Of a stretch of DNA of 51,245 nt, positions 17,977 through 26,651 are shown piece by piece (position 1 is the first letter of the stretch; every line of letters begins with the position of its first letter). The translations under genes and the position numbers were made by a program. The stretch comes from a virus (lineage: Duplodnaviria; Caudoviricetes): the IMG/VR virus record IMGVR_UViG_3300031578_000051, positions 1 to 51,245 of that record, one strand, 5' to 3'. A model generated the notes under the pieces. It was not told the DNA's origin. It saw only the letters and a program-made list of their open reading frames with translations, and did no database searches.

Positions 17977-18183
17977 ATGAAAAATCTTTTCCTAATAAAG
18001 AAAAAACTAACCAGGAGAATGATAAACTGCTTGAAAGTTTTGACAGAAAATAATAATGAAAAGATACGATTAATTAGTGATATAAGAATAAACAAGTTAT
18101 CTTATTATATGATACCAGTAAGGAAATGTAATTACAATATACTTGCTGTTTATTTAAAAGAAGTGAAATCAATAACAAGCTAA
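17977..18183 (+). CDS. Hypothetical basic protein
   Basis: ORF in early operon; weak RBS. Confidence 0.5.
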   Translation: MKNLFLIKKKLTRRMINCLKVLTENNNEKIRLISDIRINKLSYYMIPVRKCNYNILAVYLKEVKSITS

Positions 18184-18244
18184 TTTTTAACATATACAAG
18201 TAAAACGTTGACACATATAAATTTAAAAGAAGGGAGTATCTAAT

Positions 18245-18592
18245 ATGTCAGAATTATTTAATGCTGGCCAAGTACAAATTGCTGTTAGTGAAAGAGAAGT
18301 TAAGTACAAAGACGGAGACGAAGTTACAGTTTACAAAAATGTTAATGGAGTAAAAACACCCACTGCTAAAATGATTTTTAGTGATATAGATACTATGAAA
18401 AGTTATCTATCACAAAAACAAATTGAAACATTAGCAGTTGCTAATCACCTTGTTAGATGTCAAAATTTAGCAAGGAATTGGGATAAAGTCAAAGCAGGAA
18501 AAATTGATAGTGGTATAGCACAAGCACTGAAAGGTAAAGATTTAACAGATGAACAAAAAGCAAAAGTTATTGCATATCTAAACAAGCTATAG
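18245..18592 (+). CDS. Hypothetical early protein
   Basis: AAGGGAG RBS; followed by terminator. Confidence 0.8.
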   Translation: MSELFNAGQVQIAVSEREVKYKDGDEVTVYKNVNGVKTPTAKMIFSDIDTMKSYLSQKQIETLAVANHLVRCQNLARNWDKVKAGKIDSGIAQALKGKDLTDEQKAKVIAYLNKL

Positions 18593-18620
18593 AATAACAT
18601 ACTAAAATTATAAACTAATA

Positions 18621-18663
18621 AAGAGGGATTACATTTTAAATAGTGTAATCCTTCTTTTATTTT
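18621..18663 (+). terminator. Rho-independent terminator
   Basis: AAGAGGGATTACA...TGTAATCCTTCTT followed by T-tract. Confidence 0.8.
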
Positions 18664-18884
18664 ATGTATCAATGCAATTATACATTTTATTTTTATAAAA
18701 CATTATAATTTTATTAACATCTTAAATTTCAATAAATTAAATCGGGTTTTTTCTGTAGTATAGTATATAATATATATATAAATATATATATAAATAAATA
18801 ATAATATAATAACATAAAAACATAATCATATATTTATTTATTTATATATACATATATATATTTACTATCTACTAACAACCAGGC

Positions 18885-18913
18885 TTGACAATTTTTTAAA
18901 TTTATGGTATAAT
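18885..18913 (+). promoter_or_regulatory. Rightward consensus sigma70 promoter 2
   Basis: Perfect TTGACA-17 bp-TATAAT with TGn extension. Confidence 0.88.
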
Positions 18914-19027
18914 ATAAATAAAAAAGGTTATTGATATTTCAATTAATTAAAATTGATATTTCAATTATATTGATACTTCAATTTAAAATTGACAATGTTA
19001 AATTAAATTAATATCTTATTAAATTAA

Positions 19028-19216
19028 ATGGAGGTTTTAAATAAAATGAAACTCAAATGTTGTAAATGTAAAGATATTACAGACTGGAGAGACATTAAAA
19101 AATGGAATGAGAAAGATAACTTTTATTGTCCTGATTGTGTAGAAATTAGTGAGCCCCATAAATTAACAGAAATTGAATTAAAGACAATTTATGACAGCCC
19201 ACTAAAATATAAATAA
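19028..19216 (+). CDS. Small zinc-finger protein
   Basis: CCKC...CPDC; true start probably second Met. Confidence 0.65.
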   Translation: MEVLNKMKLKCCKCKDITDWRDIKKWNEKDNFYCPDCVEISEPHKLTEIELKTIYDSPLKYK

Positions 19217-19248
19217 GCTAATAAATAAAAAAGGGGGAAATTAATTAA

Positions 19249-19500
19249 ATGACAAAGTTATTTATATACACAGATAATGAAGTAGACTACCATAAATTAA
19301 AAGTATATATAATTGATGCATATACTAACCACGATGACAATATATTATTCGCTAAAAACTATTGTGACGGTTATCTTGATGCATTGGCAAATGCTGAACT
19401 AATAAATGAAGATGACTGGGATATACTAATTAAGTTTAACCACTCTTTATATGAAAAGTTCAGTCCCATAAGTGATGTAATAAAGAGCTTAAATAAATAA
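19249..19500 (+). CDS. Hypothetical early protein
   Basis: RBS; dense co-oriented cluster. Confidence 0.7.
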   Translation: MTKLFIYTDNEVDYHKLKVYIIDAYTNHDDNILFAKNYCDGYLDALANAELINEDDWDILIKFNHSLYEKFSPISDVIKSLNK

Positions 19501-19563
19501 AAAGGAGGTTTTATTAGTATCTTATTAAATTAAATCATTTAAATTAAATGGAGGTTAAATTAA

Positions 19564-19728
19564 ATGACAAAATATGTAAAGCTCAGACTCTACGGAAACA
19601 AACATACTGGAAGAACTCAAATAATGGGGTTCGACAAGATGTGTGAAAGAGCAGGAGTTAAAAAGGAAGCATTATGTGACACAATATTTACAAGACAATT
19701 TAAACAGAAGGAGGTATCATTAAAATAA
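19564..19728 (+). CDS. 54-aa hypothetical protein (not in ORF track)
   Basis: GGAGG RBS; MTKYVKLRLYG... Confidence 0.6.
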   Translation: MTKYVKLRLYGNKHTGRTQIMGFDKMCERAGVKKEALCDTIFTRQFKQKEVSLK

Positions 19729-19741
19729 AAGGAGGTTTAAA

Positions 19742-19882
19742 ATGAAACTGAAAGTGGGCAAAGCACAAAGTAAATATCTATCTAAGCCAATACCAGTGGG
19801 AGAACTAAATAATGACTGGATAATATGGCTTATATTAGGGATAGTAGGTTTGAGTGGGATTATATATTTATGTATTAGATAA
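19742..19882 (+). CDS. 46-aa protein with C-terminal transmembrane helix (not in ORF track)
   Basis: AAGGAGG RBS; WIIWLILGIVGLSGIIYLCIR. Confidence 0.6.
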   Translation: MKLKVGKAQSKYLSKPIPVGELNNDWIIWLILGIVGLSGIIYLCIR

Positions 19883-19990
19883 AATCTCACGGGTGTAACT
19901 CGCTTATAACGAGAGGGAGTCGACAAAAGCCGTGCATTCAAAGGTGGGGTTGCAATGCATGCAAAACAAACAGGAGGTAAATTAAATAAA

Positions 19991-20131
19991 ATGAGTAATA
20001 AAATATCAGAAGGACTTAGTAAGGTATTAGAGTTACTTAAAATGTTAGATGACAATGAAAAGGCAATCATTGTAGAAGTTTTACATGATGAATATAGACT
20101 TACTTATATAGAAAGTGAGGAGGACATTTAA
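19991..20131 (+). CDS. 46-aa hypothetical protein (not in ORF track)
   Basis: AGGAGG upstream; abuts next ATG. Confidence 0.55.
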   Translation: MSNKISEGLSKVLELLKMLDDNEKAIIVEVLHDEYRLTYIESEEDI

Positions 20132-20323
20132 ATGAAAGCAAGAGAAATAAAGAAGTTAGTTGAAAAAGAATACAGAGATACTATAGATGAATATCATTCA
20201 ACAGTCAGAGGCAATACTGTCAAGTTAAAAATTGGTTTAGCCAAAATAAGGGAACTTGAGTTTTTGTTAGCAAAGTTGTTTGATATACATGAAAAGTTTG
20301 AAATATATGAGCACAATGAATAG
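20132..20323 (+). CDS. Hypothetical protein
   Basis: GGAGG RBS; followed by stem-loop. Confidence 0.7.
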   Translation: MKAREIKKLVEKEYRDTIDEYHSTVRGNTVKLKIGLAKIRELEFLLAKLFDIHEKFEIYEHNE

Positions 20324-20333
20324 TGTAATTAAC

Positions 20334-20366
20334 AGAGAGAGCCATTATAATACGATGGCTCTTTCT
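20334..20366 (+). terminator. Terminator-like stem-loop
   Basis: AGAGAGAGCCAT...ATGGCTCTTTCT. Confidence 0.7.
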
Positions 20367-20373
20367 ATTAATT

Positions 20374-20408
20374 ACATTATCAAATTCAATTTTTGAACTT
20401 GAGTATGT
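20374..20408. promoter_or_regulatory. 35-bp dispersed palindrome, copy 3
   Basis: ACATTATCAAATTCAATTTTTGAACTTGAGTATGT. Confidence 0.85.
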
Positions 20409-20432
20409 TATTAAATAAAAAGGAGGTTTTGT

Positions 20433-20675
20433 ATGAGTAAGCAATGGAAAGGTGAGACGCCAGAGAAATGTGACATCTGTGGGAATAAACTCAAAGGTAC
20501 TTTTATAGATGGAAGAACGGTGCTTGGACCTTGGGCTATTATGTGTAGGTCTTGTCATCCAGAGCACGGAGTTGGATTGGGTTTAGGTAGAGGACAAGTA
20601 TACTTAGTAAAAGAAGAAGAGCCTGACCATGATTTAGTATATCATGATAAAAAATGTGAAGAGGAGGTAAGTTAG
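20433..20675 (+). CDS. Zinc-binding phage protein
   Basis: CDIC...GPWAIMCRSCH...GLGLGRGQVY. Confidence 0.75.
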   Translation: MSKQWKGETPEKCDICGNKLKGTFIDGRTVLGPWAIMCRSCHPEHGVGLGLGRGQVYLVKEEEPDHDLVYHDKKCEEEVS

Positions 20676-20676
20676 A

Positions 20677-20952
20677 ATGATAGACATAAAGAAACTAACT
20701 AAAGATGATGTTGGTAAGTGGGTAAAATATACTGATTTTAGTAAAACAGAGTTGGGCAGAATAAAATCGTGGAACGACAAGTTCATATTTGTCGTGTATA
20801 GTTGTGCATGTAATTGGAACAACTTCAAGGACTACACTGCAGCCGCAACAAGTCCAGAAGACTTAGAGTTTTGCATACCCACAGAGACCATTATGTCTGA
20901 AATTCTATATGAAGGGCAAGATTATGAAGGAGGTAATGAAGATGAAGACTAA
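20677..20952 (+). CDS. Hypothetical protein
   Basis: GGAGG RBS; operon context. Confidence 0.7.
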   Translation: MIDIKKLTKDDVGKWVKYTDFSKTELGRIKSWNDKFIFVVYSCACNWNNFKDYTAAATSPEDLEFCIPTETIMSEILYEGQDYEGGNEDED

Positions 20953-21148
20953 TTTAGAGTATTTAGAAAAAATGAAGAAGGAAGATGAAGGCGCGCTTAG
21001 AAAACACTGCACTCTTGAAGGATATCACTTGCAATTTAGAAAGATGAAAGCACTTGAAATCATTGCAGAAACTCTTATAGGTATTAGTGGAATATTAGAA
21101 AGTATTGACGAAAGATTTGATGGACATTTTAATGTAAGAATTGAATAA
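20909..21148 (+). CDS. Hypothetical protein (start probably downstream)
   Basis: GGAGG RBS near internal Met. Confidence 0.6.
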   Translation: MKGKIMKEVMKMKTNLEYLEKMKKEDEGALRKHCTLEGYHLQFRKMKALEIIAETLIGISGILESIDERFDGHFNVRIE

Positions 21149-21166
21149 AAGGAGGTAATGATTAAA

Positions 21167-21334
21167 ATGCCAATAGGTAACGGACCTGACTATTATAACG
21201 GAAATGTACCAGAGGAAGACAAACAAATTAAACTCTACGATAAGATAGAAAGGTGGTGGAATAGTTTATCTCAGTCAGAGAAAATAGATTTATGGGAGGA
21301 AAATCAAACTTATTATGGCGACTCATTAACATAA
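21167..21334 (+). CDS. 55-aa hypothetical protein (not in ORF track)
   Basis: AAGGAGG RBS; MPIGNGPDYY... Confidence 0.6.
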   Translation: MPIGNGPDYYNGNVPEEDKQIKLYDKIERWWNSLSQSEKIDLWEENQTYYGDSLT

Positions 21335-21355
21335 AATAAGAGGGAGGTAACTAAT

Positions 21356-21712
21356 ATGTCAAATGAATATACCTGCGATGACTGTAAACGTGGGAGAGAA
21401 GTAACAAATAAGGAAGCTGGGTATGGAACGCACTACTGTAAATACAAGAAAGAATTTGTGGAATGTTACATAAACTGTAATGATTGGATTGGATATGTTT
21501 GTGATAACTGTGAATATGCAAGAGAAGGCATTAATAAAAATGCACTTGAAGTACTTAAGTCTCACGAGAAGGAATTTTACCATGACGTTTTTGCTTTGTG
21601 TGAGTTTATCAACTGCGATTTGGTGTTCTGTGTAAAATTTGATAAGTATATGAAGTACAGATTAGAATGTGATAGTTGGAAAGAAGACGTTAATGAAGGA
21701 AGGTGTATATAA
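21356..21712 (+). CDS. Cys-rich protein with two internal repeats
   Basis: YxCDxC...C...CxxW unit occurs twice. Confidence 0.7.
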   Translation: MSNEYTCDDCKRGREVTNKEAGYGTHYCKYKKEFVECYINCNDWIGYVCDNCEYAREGINKNALEVLKSHEKEFYHDVFALCEFINCDLVFCVKFDKYMKYRLECDSWKEDVNEGRCI

Positions 21713-21890
21713 CGTGGGTAAAAGATATAACATAACCATACAATACAAAGATGGTGGAGAAGATGTATTTCTAAATGCTCAAAACATTCGGACATACCAT
21801 AGCATTGTTGAGATAACAGAAAGTAGCGGAATAAAAGTATCTATCATTATGGATATAATAACTTTCTTTAGAGTAGAGACAGTAAAATGA
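21669..21890 (+). CDS. Hypothetical protein
   Basis: Operon context; start uncertain. Confidence 0.55.
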   Translation: MIVGKKTLMKEGVYNVGKRYNITIQYKDGGEDVFLNAQNIRTYHSIVEITESSGIKVSIIMDIITFFRVETVK

Positions 21891-21908
21891 ATAAGAAAGG
21901 AGGTACCT

Positions 21909-22094
21909 ATGATAGAGAAGTTGATAAAAGAAATTAAAAGATTAAAGACTAATGCTGAGACATTACGAAACAAAATGACAGATACTGGAGAATGGTTGAC
22001 TATATCTGAATTCTCGGAACTTGATGGACAGGTGGATGCATTAACTGCCGTCATCTCTTACTATGAAAAACATTATAAAAAGGGGGTAACATAA
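21909..22094 (+). CDS. Hypothetical protein
   Basis: AAGGAGG RBS. Confidence 0.7.
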   Translation: MIEKLIKEIKRLKTNAETLRNKMTDTGEWLTISEFSELDGQVDALTAVISYYEKHYKKGVT

Positions 22095-22095
22095 A

Positions 22096-22299
22096 ATGCA
22101 ACTCAAACAACTAGTCTCAATTAGAGACTCAATGAAAGCAATTGTAAAAGAATATGGCAGTCAACTCAGTGTTGGGACAAAAGTAGATTTTGACGATACT
22201 ATAGACTATGTGTCTAATATAATACTTGATGTAGAAAGAGAAAGAAAGAATGCAAGACTACCATATGTGATATATCAGATTAAAGTAAATTTAAGATAA
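22096..22299 (+). CDS. Hypothetical protein
   Basis: Coupled to upstream gene. Confidence 0.65.
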   Translation: MQLKQLVSIRDSMKAIVKEYGSQLSVGTKVDFDDTIDYVSNIILDVERERKNARLPYVIYQIKVNLR

Positions 22300-22322
22300 T
22301 AAAAAAGAAGGGGGTAAAATAA

Positions 22323-22583
22323 ATGCTTACTAAAGAAATGTTGGAGGCAATGCCGCCAGAAACTACATTTGCAACTGGAGTTACAATGAACGAAGGCTTG
22401 TATAAAGAGCCTGTACGTTGGGTAGCTATTAGAGGTGGAATTCCAGACTGGGCAATCTACTATCATAAGGAAGAGATGCCAATGGACTACGTAGAAAAAG
22501 CTGGAGATAAGTGCTTTACAAAAGACATAATCAAAACTCTCGTTCCTTGTGATGAAGATGCATTTAAAGCATATAGGTATTAA
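22323..22583 (+). CDS. Hypothetical phage protein
   Basis: RWVAIRGGIPDWAIY; RBS. Confidence 0.75.
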   Translation: MLTKEMLEAMPPETTFATGVTMNEGLYKEPVRWVAIRGGIPDWAIYYHKEEMPMDYVEKAGDKCFTKDIIKTLVPCDEDAFKAYRY

Positions 22584-22600
22584 ATAAAAGGAGGAATTAA

Positions 22601-23110
22601 ATGAAGAAGAACTATTTAAACATTGATGTTTGTAAAGAGTGTGGAGGAAAGTGCTGTAAACTTCTTCCTGGTATTGCACATCCCCGTGACTTCAATAAGC
22701 CGCTAGCGAAGAGCTTGTTAAAAGCATTTGAGTCAGGTCATTGGGGAATAGATTGGTATGAAGGAGACCCCAGACAGCACAAAGATGAACTTAGAAAAAC
22801 ATTCTTTGTAAGACCAAGGATAAAGGGTGTAAAAAAACTATTTGACCCTGCATGGAGTGGTGAATGTATATTTCTTGCTTACGATGGATGCACATTAAAG
22901 CCGCTTGAACGCCCAAGAGGGTGCAGATTATTAGAGCCAATCTCCATCAAAAAGTGCATCCCACACGTACCTGATAAGGAAGCTTCTACAAGACCATGGA
23001 TACCTTACCAAAAACTTATCTTGAAAGTGGCAAGAGTTTTAAGAGAAAGCCCTCATAACGCATCCAGACCAGACGCCCCAAACTTTTTAGAAGCACTTTT
23101 AAATATATAA
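22601..23110 (+). CDS. YkgJ-like cysteine-cluster (CxxCxxCC) protein
   Basis: CKECGGKCC...CIFL...GCTL...RPRGCR pattern. Confidence 0.75.
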   Translation: MKKNYLNIDVCKECGGKCCKLLPGIAHPRDFNKPLAKSLLKAFESGHWGIDWYEGDPRQHKDELRKTFFVRPRIKGVKKLFDPAWSGECIFLAYDGCTLKPLERPRGCRLLEPISIKKCIPHVPDKEASTRPWIPYQKLILKVARVLRESPHNASRPDAPNFLEALLNI

Positions 23111-23125
23111 AAGGAGGTAAATAAT

Positions 23126-23350
23126 ATGTACACAGAAAATGAAAAGAAAACTTTATCTAAAGCGACAGTAAGGCTACTTAGGAAGTCCGCTCATGATATT
23201 AGATTAGATAAGACTAACACCGCCAGCACCTTATTAAAATTGAGGGCATTTGCAACTATAGCATATAATGACTCAGCAAGGTGTAAAGAATTAGCAACCT
23301 TAATAATGGCTGGAATGTGGAACATGTTCGATAAGGAGATACGAAGGTAA
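23126..23350 (+). CDS. Hypothetical protein
   Basis: AAGGAGG RBS. Confidence 0.7.
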   Translation: MYTENEKKTLSKATVRLLRKSAHDIRLDKTNTASTLLKLRAFATIAYNDSARCKELATLIMAGMWNMFDKEIRR

Positions 23351-23370
23351 AAAGAAAGGAGTGATATGAT

Positions 23371-23676
23371 GTGACAATAGAGAAGTTAACAATGGAAGAA
23401 CTGGCAAAATACAGACAGATGAGAGCAAAGAGAGCAGGGAAAGAACCCATGCCCAGTACCATTATGGTAGATGTACAAAATAGGAAAAACATGCAGGGTA
23501 TGATACCTATTCAACTATGGGCAGATGCAAGGGCAAGGGCAGCACGTGACATGATACCTGTCAAGAGAATGTTAGAACTTGCTCTCGAAACGTACCTTGC
23601 TATGGAACCAGAAGACTTTCATAGAATAAAGCTTAGATATGAAGAAGCATTAAAACAAGAACAGAAGGAGGGATAG
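23371..23676 (+). CDS. Putative ribbon-helix-helix DNA-binding protein
   Basis: beta-IP..LW..AR..AA...helix-ALETYL pattern resembles RHH regulators. Confidence 0.5.
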   Translation: MTIEKLTMEELAKYRQMRAKRAGKEPMPSTIMVDVQNRKNMQGMIPIQLWADARARAARDMIPVKRMLELALETYLAMEPEDFHRIKLRYEEALKQEQKEG

Positions 23677-23678
23677 TT

Positions 23679-23888
23679 ATGAGTGATTTAACGCCAACCA
23701 ACAAGGAAAAATTGCAGTGGATACGAAACGATGCAAAAAAAGATGGAATGAAGGTAACTACATTACCAGGAGAAAATTTTGGGCTTGGTTGTGGGGTAGA
23801 TGTTTTTGTTCATCCTCCCAACATCCCAGAAAATGAACTGAAAATTAACAGAGAGAAGTATTTTAAAGCATGGTTCATGGAACTATAA
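23679..23888 (+). CDS. Hypothetical protein flanked by 24-bp direct repeats
   Basis: RBS lies within the repeat. Confidence 0.7.
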   Translation: MSDLTPTNKEKLQWIRNDAKKDGMKVTTLPGENFGLGCGVDVFVHPPNIPENELKINREKYFKAWFMEL

Positions 23889-23912
23889 ACAAGAACAGAA
23901 GGAGGAATAGAA

Positions 23913-24074
23913 ATGACTCTTTGGAAACTTGCCAAATCGATTGCCAAAGATAAAAGTCAAGATGTAGAGGAGGTGTATAAAAGACTATTGAAGAACCAGA
24001 AGAAGTTGAGAAGAACGGAGGACAGAGTGAGCATAGATATATCCAAGAAAAGATGGGAAAGAGGTGATGACTGA
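23913..24074 (+). CDS. 53-aa basic protein (not in ORF track)
   Basis: AAGGAGG RBS; MTLWKLAKSIAK... Confidence 0.6.
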   Translation: MTLWKLAKSIAKDKSQDVEEVYKRLLKNQKKLRRTEDRVSIDISKKRWERGDD

Positions 24075-24560
24075 GTGCGCACGTTGAAACCAAGAGAGGT
24101 AAAACCTCTTACAGAATGGCAGCTCGCCTGGTTAGCAGGGTTTATAGATGGAGAAGGTTCAATTGGAGTTTACACGACTAAGGGAAGTTCTATAGGCGGT
24201 AAAACAAACTTGCGCCTTACTGTCTGTAATACATGTGTTCCTATAATTGATTTCATTTATCAGACAACTGGTGTTGGGAGTGTTGACTACGTGGCTGCAA
24301 AAAGCATAAAGTGGTCAAATACTGCATGTTGGAGAGTGAGAGGTATGTTTGAACTGCGAGATCTTCTGACCAAATTACTCCCTTACTTGCTAGTTAAAAA
24401 AGACCAAGCAATGTTAGTGTTAGAATGCTGTGATGGCAAGATTTCTAAAAGTCCTTTACACGACGATTTGTATTACCATGAAAAAACAAAGGTGTTAAAC
24501 CACAGAAGTGAGCAGTCAAAATTTATGATGTTTGGTGAAGTCGCTGAGGGAGATGGATAA
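24075..24560 (+). CDS. LAGLIDADG homing endonuclease (single-motif type)
   Basis: LAWLAGFIDGEGSI motif; LLPYLLVKKDQA. Confidence 0.88.
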   Translation: MRTLKPREVKPLTEWQLAWLAGFIDGEGSIGVYTTKGSSIGGKTNLRLTVCNTCVPIIDFIYQTTGVGSVDYVAAKSIKWSNTACWRVRGMFELRDLLTKLLPYLLVKKDQAMLVLECCDGKISKSPLHDDLYYHEKTKVLNHRSEQSKFMMFGEVAEGDG

Positions 24561-24562
24561 AG

Positions 24563-24775
24563 ATGCTCAAAATTACAAGGAGAGGAGTGAGTCTGATAAT
24601 TCCTGAACATTGGATACAAATGAACGGGTTTTTAAAACACAAAGCCGTTCACGCAGTTAAGCTATTTTTTGGAGATGAAAGTTTAGAAAAAGCATTAAAA
24701 GAGGCTGGGAGGAATGTGAAACATGGATGGCTTACAGCTGATGGAATAGAAAGAAAAAGGAAGGAGGAAATATAA
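24563..24775 (+). CDS. Hypothetical protein
   Basis: Operon context. Confidence 0.6.
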   Translation: MLKITRRGVSLIIPEHWIQMNGFLKHKAVHAVKLFFGDESLEKALKEAGRNVKHGWLTADGIERKRKEEI

Positions 24776-24991
24776 ATGTTTACGAAAGAACATTACATAG
24801 CGGTTGCAAAGGTACTAAGGACGTATGAGATGCGTGTAGGAGCTACATACAATTTACCCCTTGTTAATATACGTTCTTCTATAATCCTTGACTTCGCAGA
24901 ACTTTTTAAGGGAGATAACTCTGAGTTTGATAAAGCCAAGTTTTTAGATGCAATCTATGGAAAGGAGGTAAGTAAGAGTGAAGAAAAGTGA
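24776..24991 (+). CDS. Hypothetical phage protein
   Basis: TKEHYIAVAKVL...FKGDNSEFDKAKFLDA. Confidence 0.75.
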   Translation: MFTKEHYIAVAKVLRTYEMRVGATYNLPLVNIRSSIILDFAELFKGDNSEFDKAKFLDAIYGKEVSKSEEK

Positions 24992-25397
24992 CATTATAAA
25001 ATTTAAACTAGGTATAACTGGAGACATGCAACAAGGACGTGTAAATTGGGTAGATGGTGAGAACGTTGGTATCACATTAATAGGAAATGGATACAGTGGA
25101 AAGGAAGCAACAGTAATGCCAGTAAGTGAGTGTGAAGTAGTAGTAGAATATAAAGGTGATACATTAAAGGACGAAATACATTCTCTAACTACTGAAGATT
25201 TAATAGCAAACATACAAAGACTAAAAGGTATGAGGTTTCCAAGGAAGATGACGAGAGGAGTTAGGACTGTTTCTGCACGAGCGGAAAGTAAGAAGAAGAA
25301 GATGACGAGACTTTTGGAAGCGTTAGAAGAAGACCCAGGAATGTTAGATGTGTTAATAAATAAAGCTTTAAATGAAGGAAAGGAGGGAGAGGAATGA
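24978..25397 (+). CDS. Hypothetical protein
   Basis: AAGGAGG RBS, GTG start. Confidence 0.7.
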   Translation: MKKSDIIKFKLGITGDMQQGRVNWVDGENVGITLIGNGYSGKEATVMPVSECEVVVEYKGDTLKDEIHSLTTEDLIANIQRLKGMRFPRKMTRGVRTVSARAESKKKKMTRLLEALEEDPGMLDVLINKALNEGKEGEE

Positions 25398-25732
25398 ATC
25401 CGGATACTGACAAGGTAATGGACAAAGAGAGTGCAGATAAACTATTTAAAGAAATGATGATGGGTGGAGACAAGCAGATGACTGCGTATGCACAAGAGTT
25501 CATAGACTTTCTCGACAATCATCCAAGAGAAAGCATGTTGGTACTAGCTATTTCTAAAAGTGTGTTTGAAAACTTTTTGGAGGATGTAGAAATTCAGAGA
25601 AGTAATCCCTATCTTACAGGTGGAGACGAGGCCATGATACATAAGCACAGGTATGTGATGGTAAACATTGGCGCATTCTTCTATGCAATGAAAAAGCGTG
25701 ATGGGGAGGGAACTTATGATGTCAAAAAATGA
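25394..25732 (+). CDS. Hypothetical protein
   Basis: ATGA overlap with upstream gene. Confidence 0.7.
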   Translation: MNPDTDKVMDKESADKLFKEMMMGGDKQMTAYAQEFIDFLDNHPRESMLVLAISKSVFENFLEDVEIQRSNPYLTGGDEAMIHKHRYVMVNIGAFFYAMKKRDGEGTYDVKK

Positions 25733-26630
25733 AACATTCTATTTCGATTACACTATGATGTCCGCTTTCTTGCGTTGTCGTTTCTACTATTACTTCAGGC
25801 ACATACGCCATCTTGTTCCTAAAGTTACAGCAGCTCCACTATCATTTGGTAGCACTTGGCACTCAGCAACAGAACTATTAACTAAGAAGAAAAGCTTAGC
25901 GGAAGTGCAAAAACACTTTACAACAGAATACAAGAATGAAACAAAAGACCAGATAAGGACACCAGAAAAAGGAGTATTGATGTTAAAGGTATATGAAGAG
26001 AAGTATAAGAATGCTCCTATTAAGTTCCTGTATACTGAGACGCCTTTTGCTATTCATTTCCCAGATAATATAATTTTATGTGGGCGAATGGACGGCATAG
26101 TTGAATGGAGAGATGGAGTGTATGTGTTTGAAAGAAAAACTACATCAAAACTTGGTATTACATTCTTTGAGAAGTTTGAGTTAAACTATCAAATTGATTG
26201 CTATTGTTTAGGTTGCATGGAGCTAGTTGGTGCCTGTAATGGTGCTATAGTAGATGTAGCAAGGGTGTGTAAAACACCAACTAATATGAATGATGACTTC
26301 GTTAGAGATGTTGTATCAAGGACTAAAGATGAGTTGGTACTTGCTAAGAAAAATATGATAGAGATAGTGGAAGATATGAGACACGGACCTATATATCAGA
26401 ATAAAGACGCATGTATGTTGTACTATCAAAAATGTCAGTACCATGACTTATGCATGGGCGCTTGTGATGAAAGGATAGTAAGAGCATCATATGAGACTAG
26501 TAAGTGGGATTGCTCACACGGGTTGAAGGAGAAAGCGGAGGATGCACAACTTAAACTGTTTAAAGAAAAGGAGGTGGAAAGAAAGAAAACATTATCAAAT
26601 TCAATAATTGAAATCGATACTGTTAAATAA
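25698..26630 (+). CDS. PD-(D/E)XK exonuclease, Cas4/RecB-like
   Basis: GRMDGI, ERKT, QIDCY motifs; one N-terminal plus three C-terminal Cys. Confidence 0.85.
   Translation: MMGRELMMSKNETFYFDYTMMSAFLRCRFYYYFRHIRHLVPKVTAAPLSFGSTWHSATELLTKKKSLAEVQKHFTTEYKNETKDQIRTPEKGVLMLKVYEEKYKNAPIKFLYTETPFAIHFPDNIILCGRMDGIVEWRDGVYVFERKTTSKLGITFFEKFELNYQIDCYCLGCMELVGACNGAIVDVARVCKTPTNMNDDFVRDVVSRTKDELVLAKKNMIEIVEDMRHGPIYQNKDACMLYYQKCQYHDLCMGACDERIVRASYETSKWDCSHGLKEKAEDAQLKLFKEKEVERKKTLSNSIIEIDTVK
26589..26623. promoter_or_regulatory. 35-bp dispersed palindrome, copy 4 (inside nuclease 3' end)
   Basis: ACATTATCAAATTCAATAATTGAAATCGATACTGT. Confidence 0.8.
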
Positions 26631-26651
26631 AAATGAAAGGAGGATTTTTAA

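Noticed and set aside
19888-19935. Twister or hammerhead ribozyme call
   Set aside because: Only superficial resemblance; conserved core nucleotides not found
25698-26630. Cas4-like nuclease as part of a CRISPR-Cas locus
   Set aside because: No other cas genes; context is the usual nuclease-Sak4-SSB recombination module
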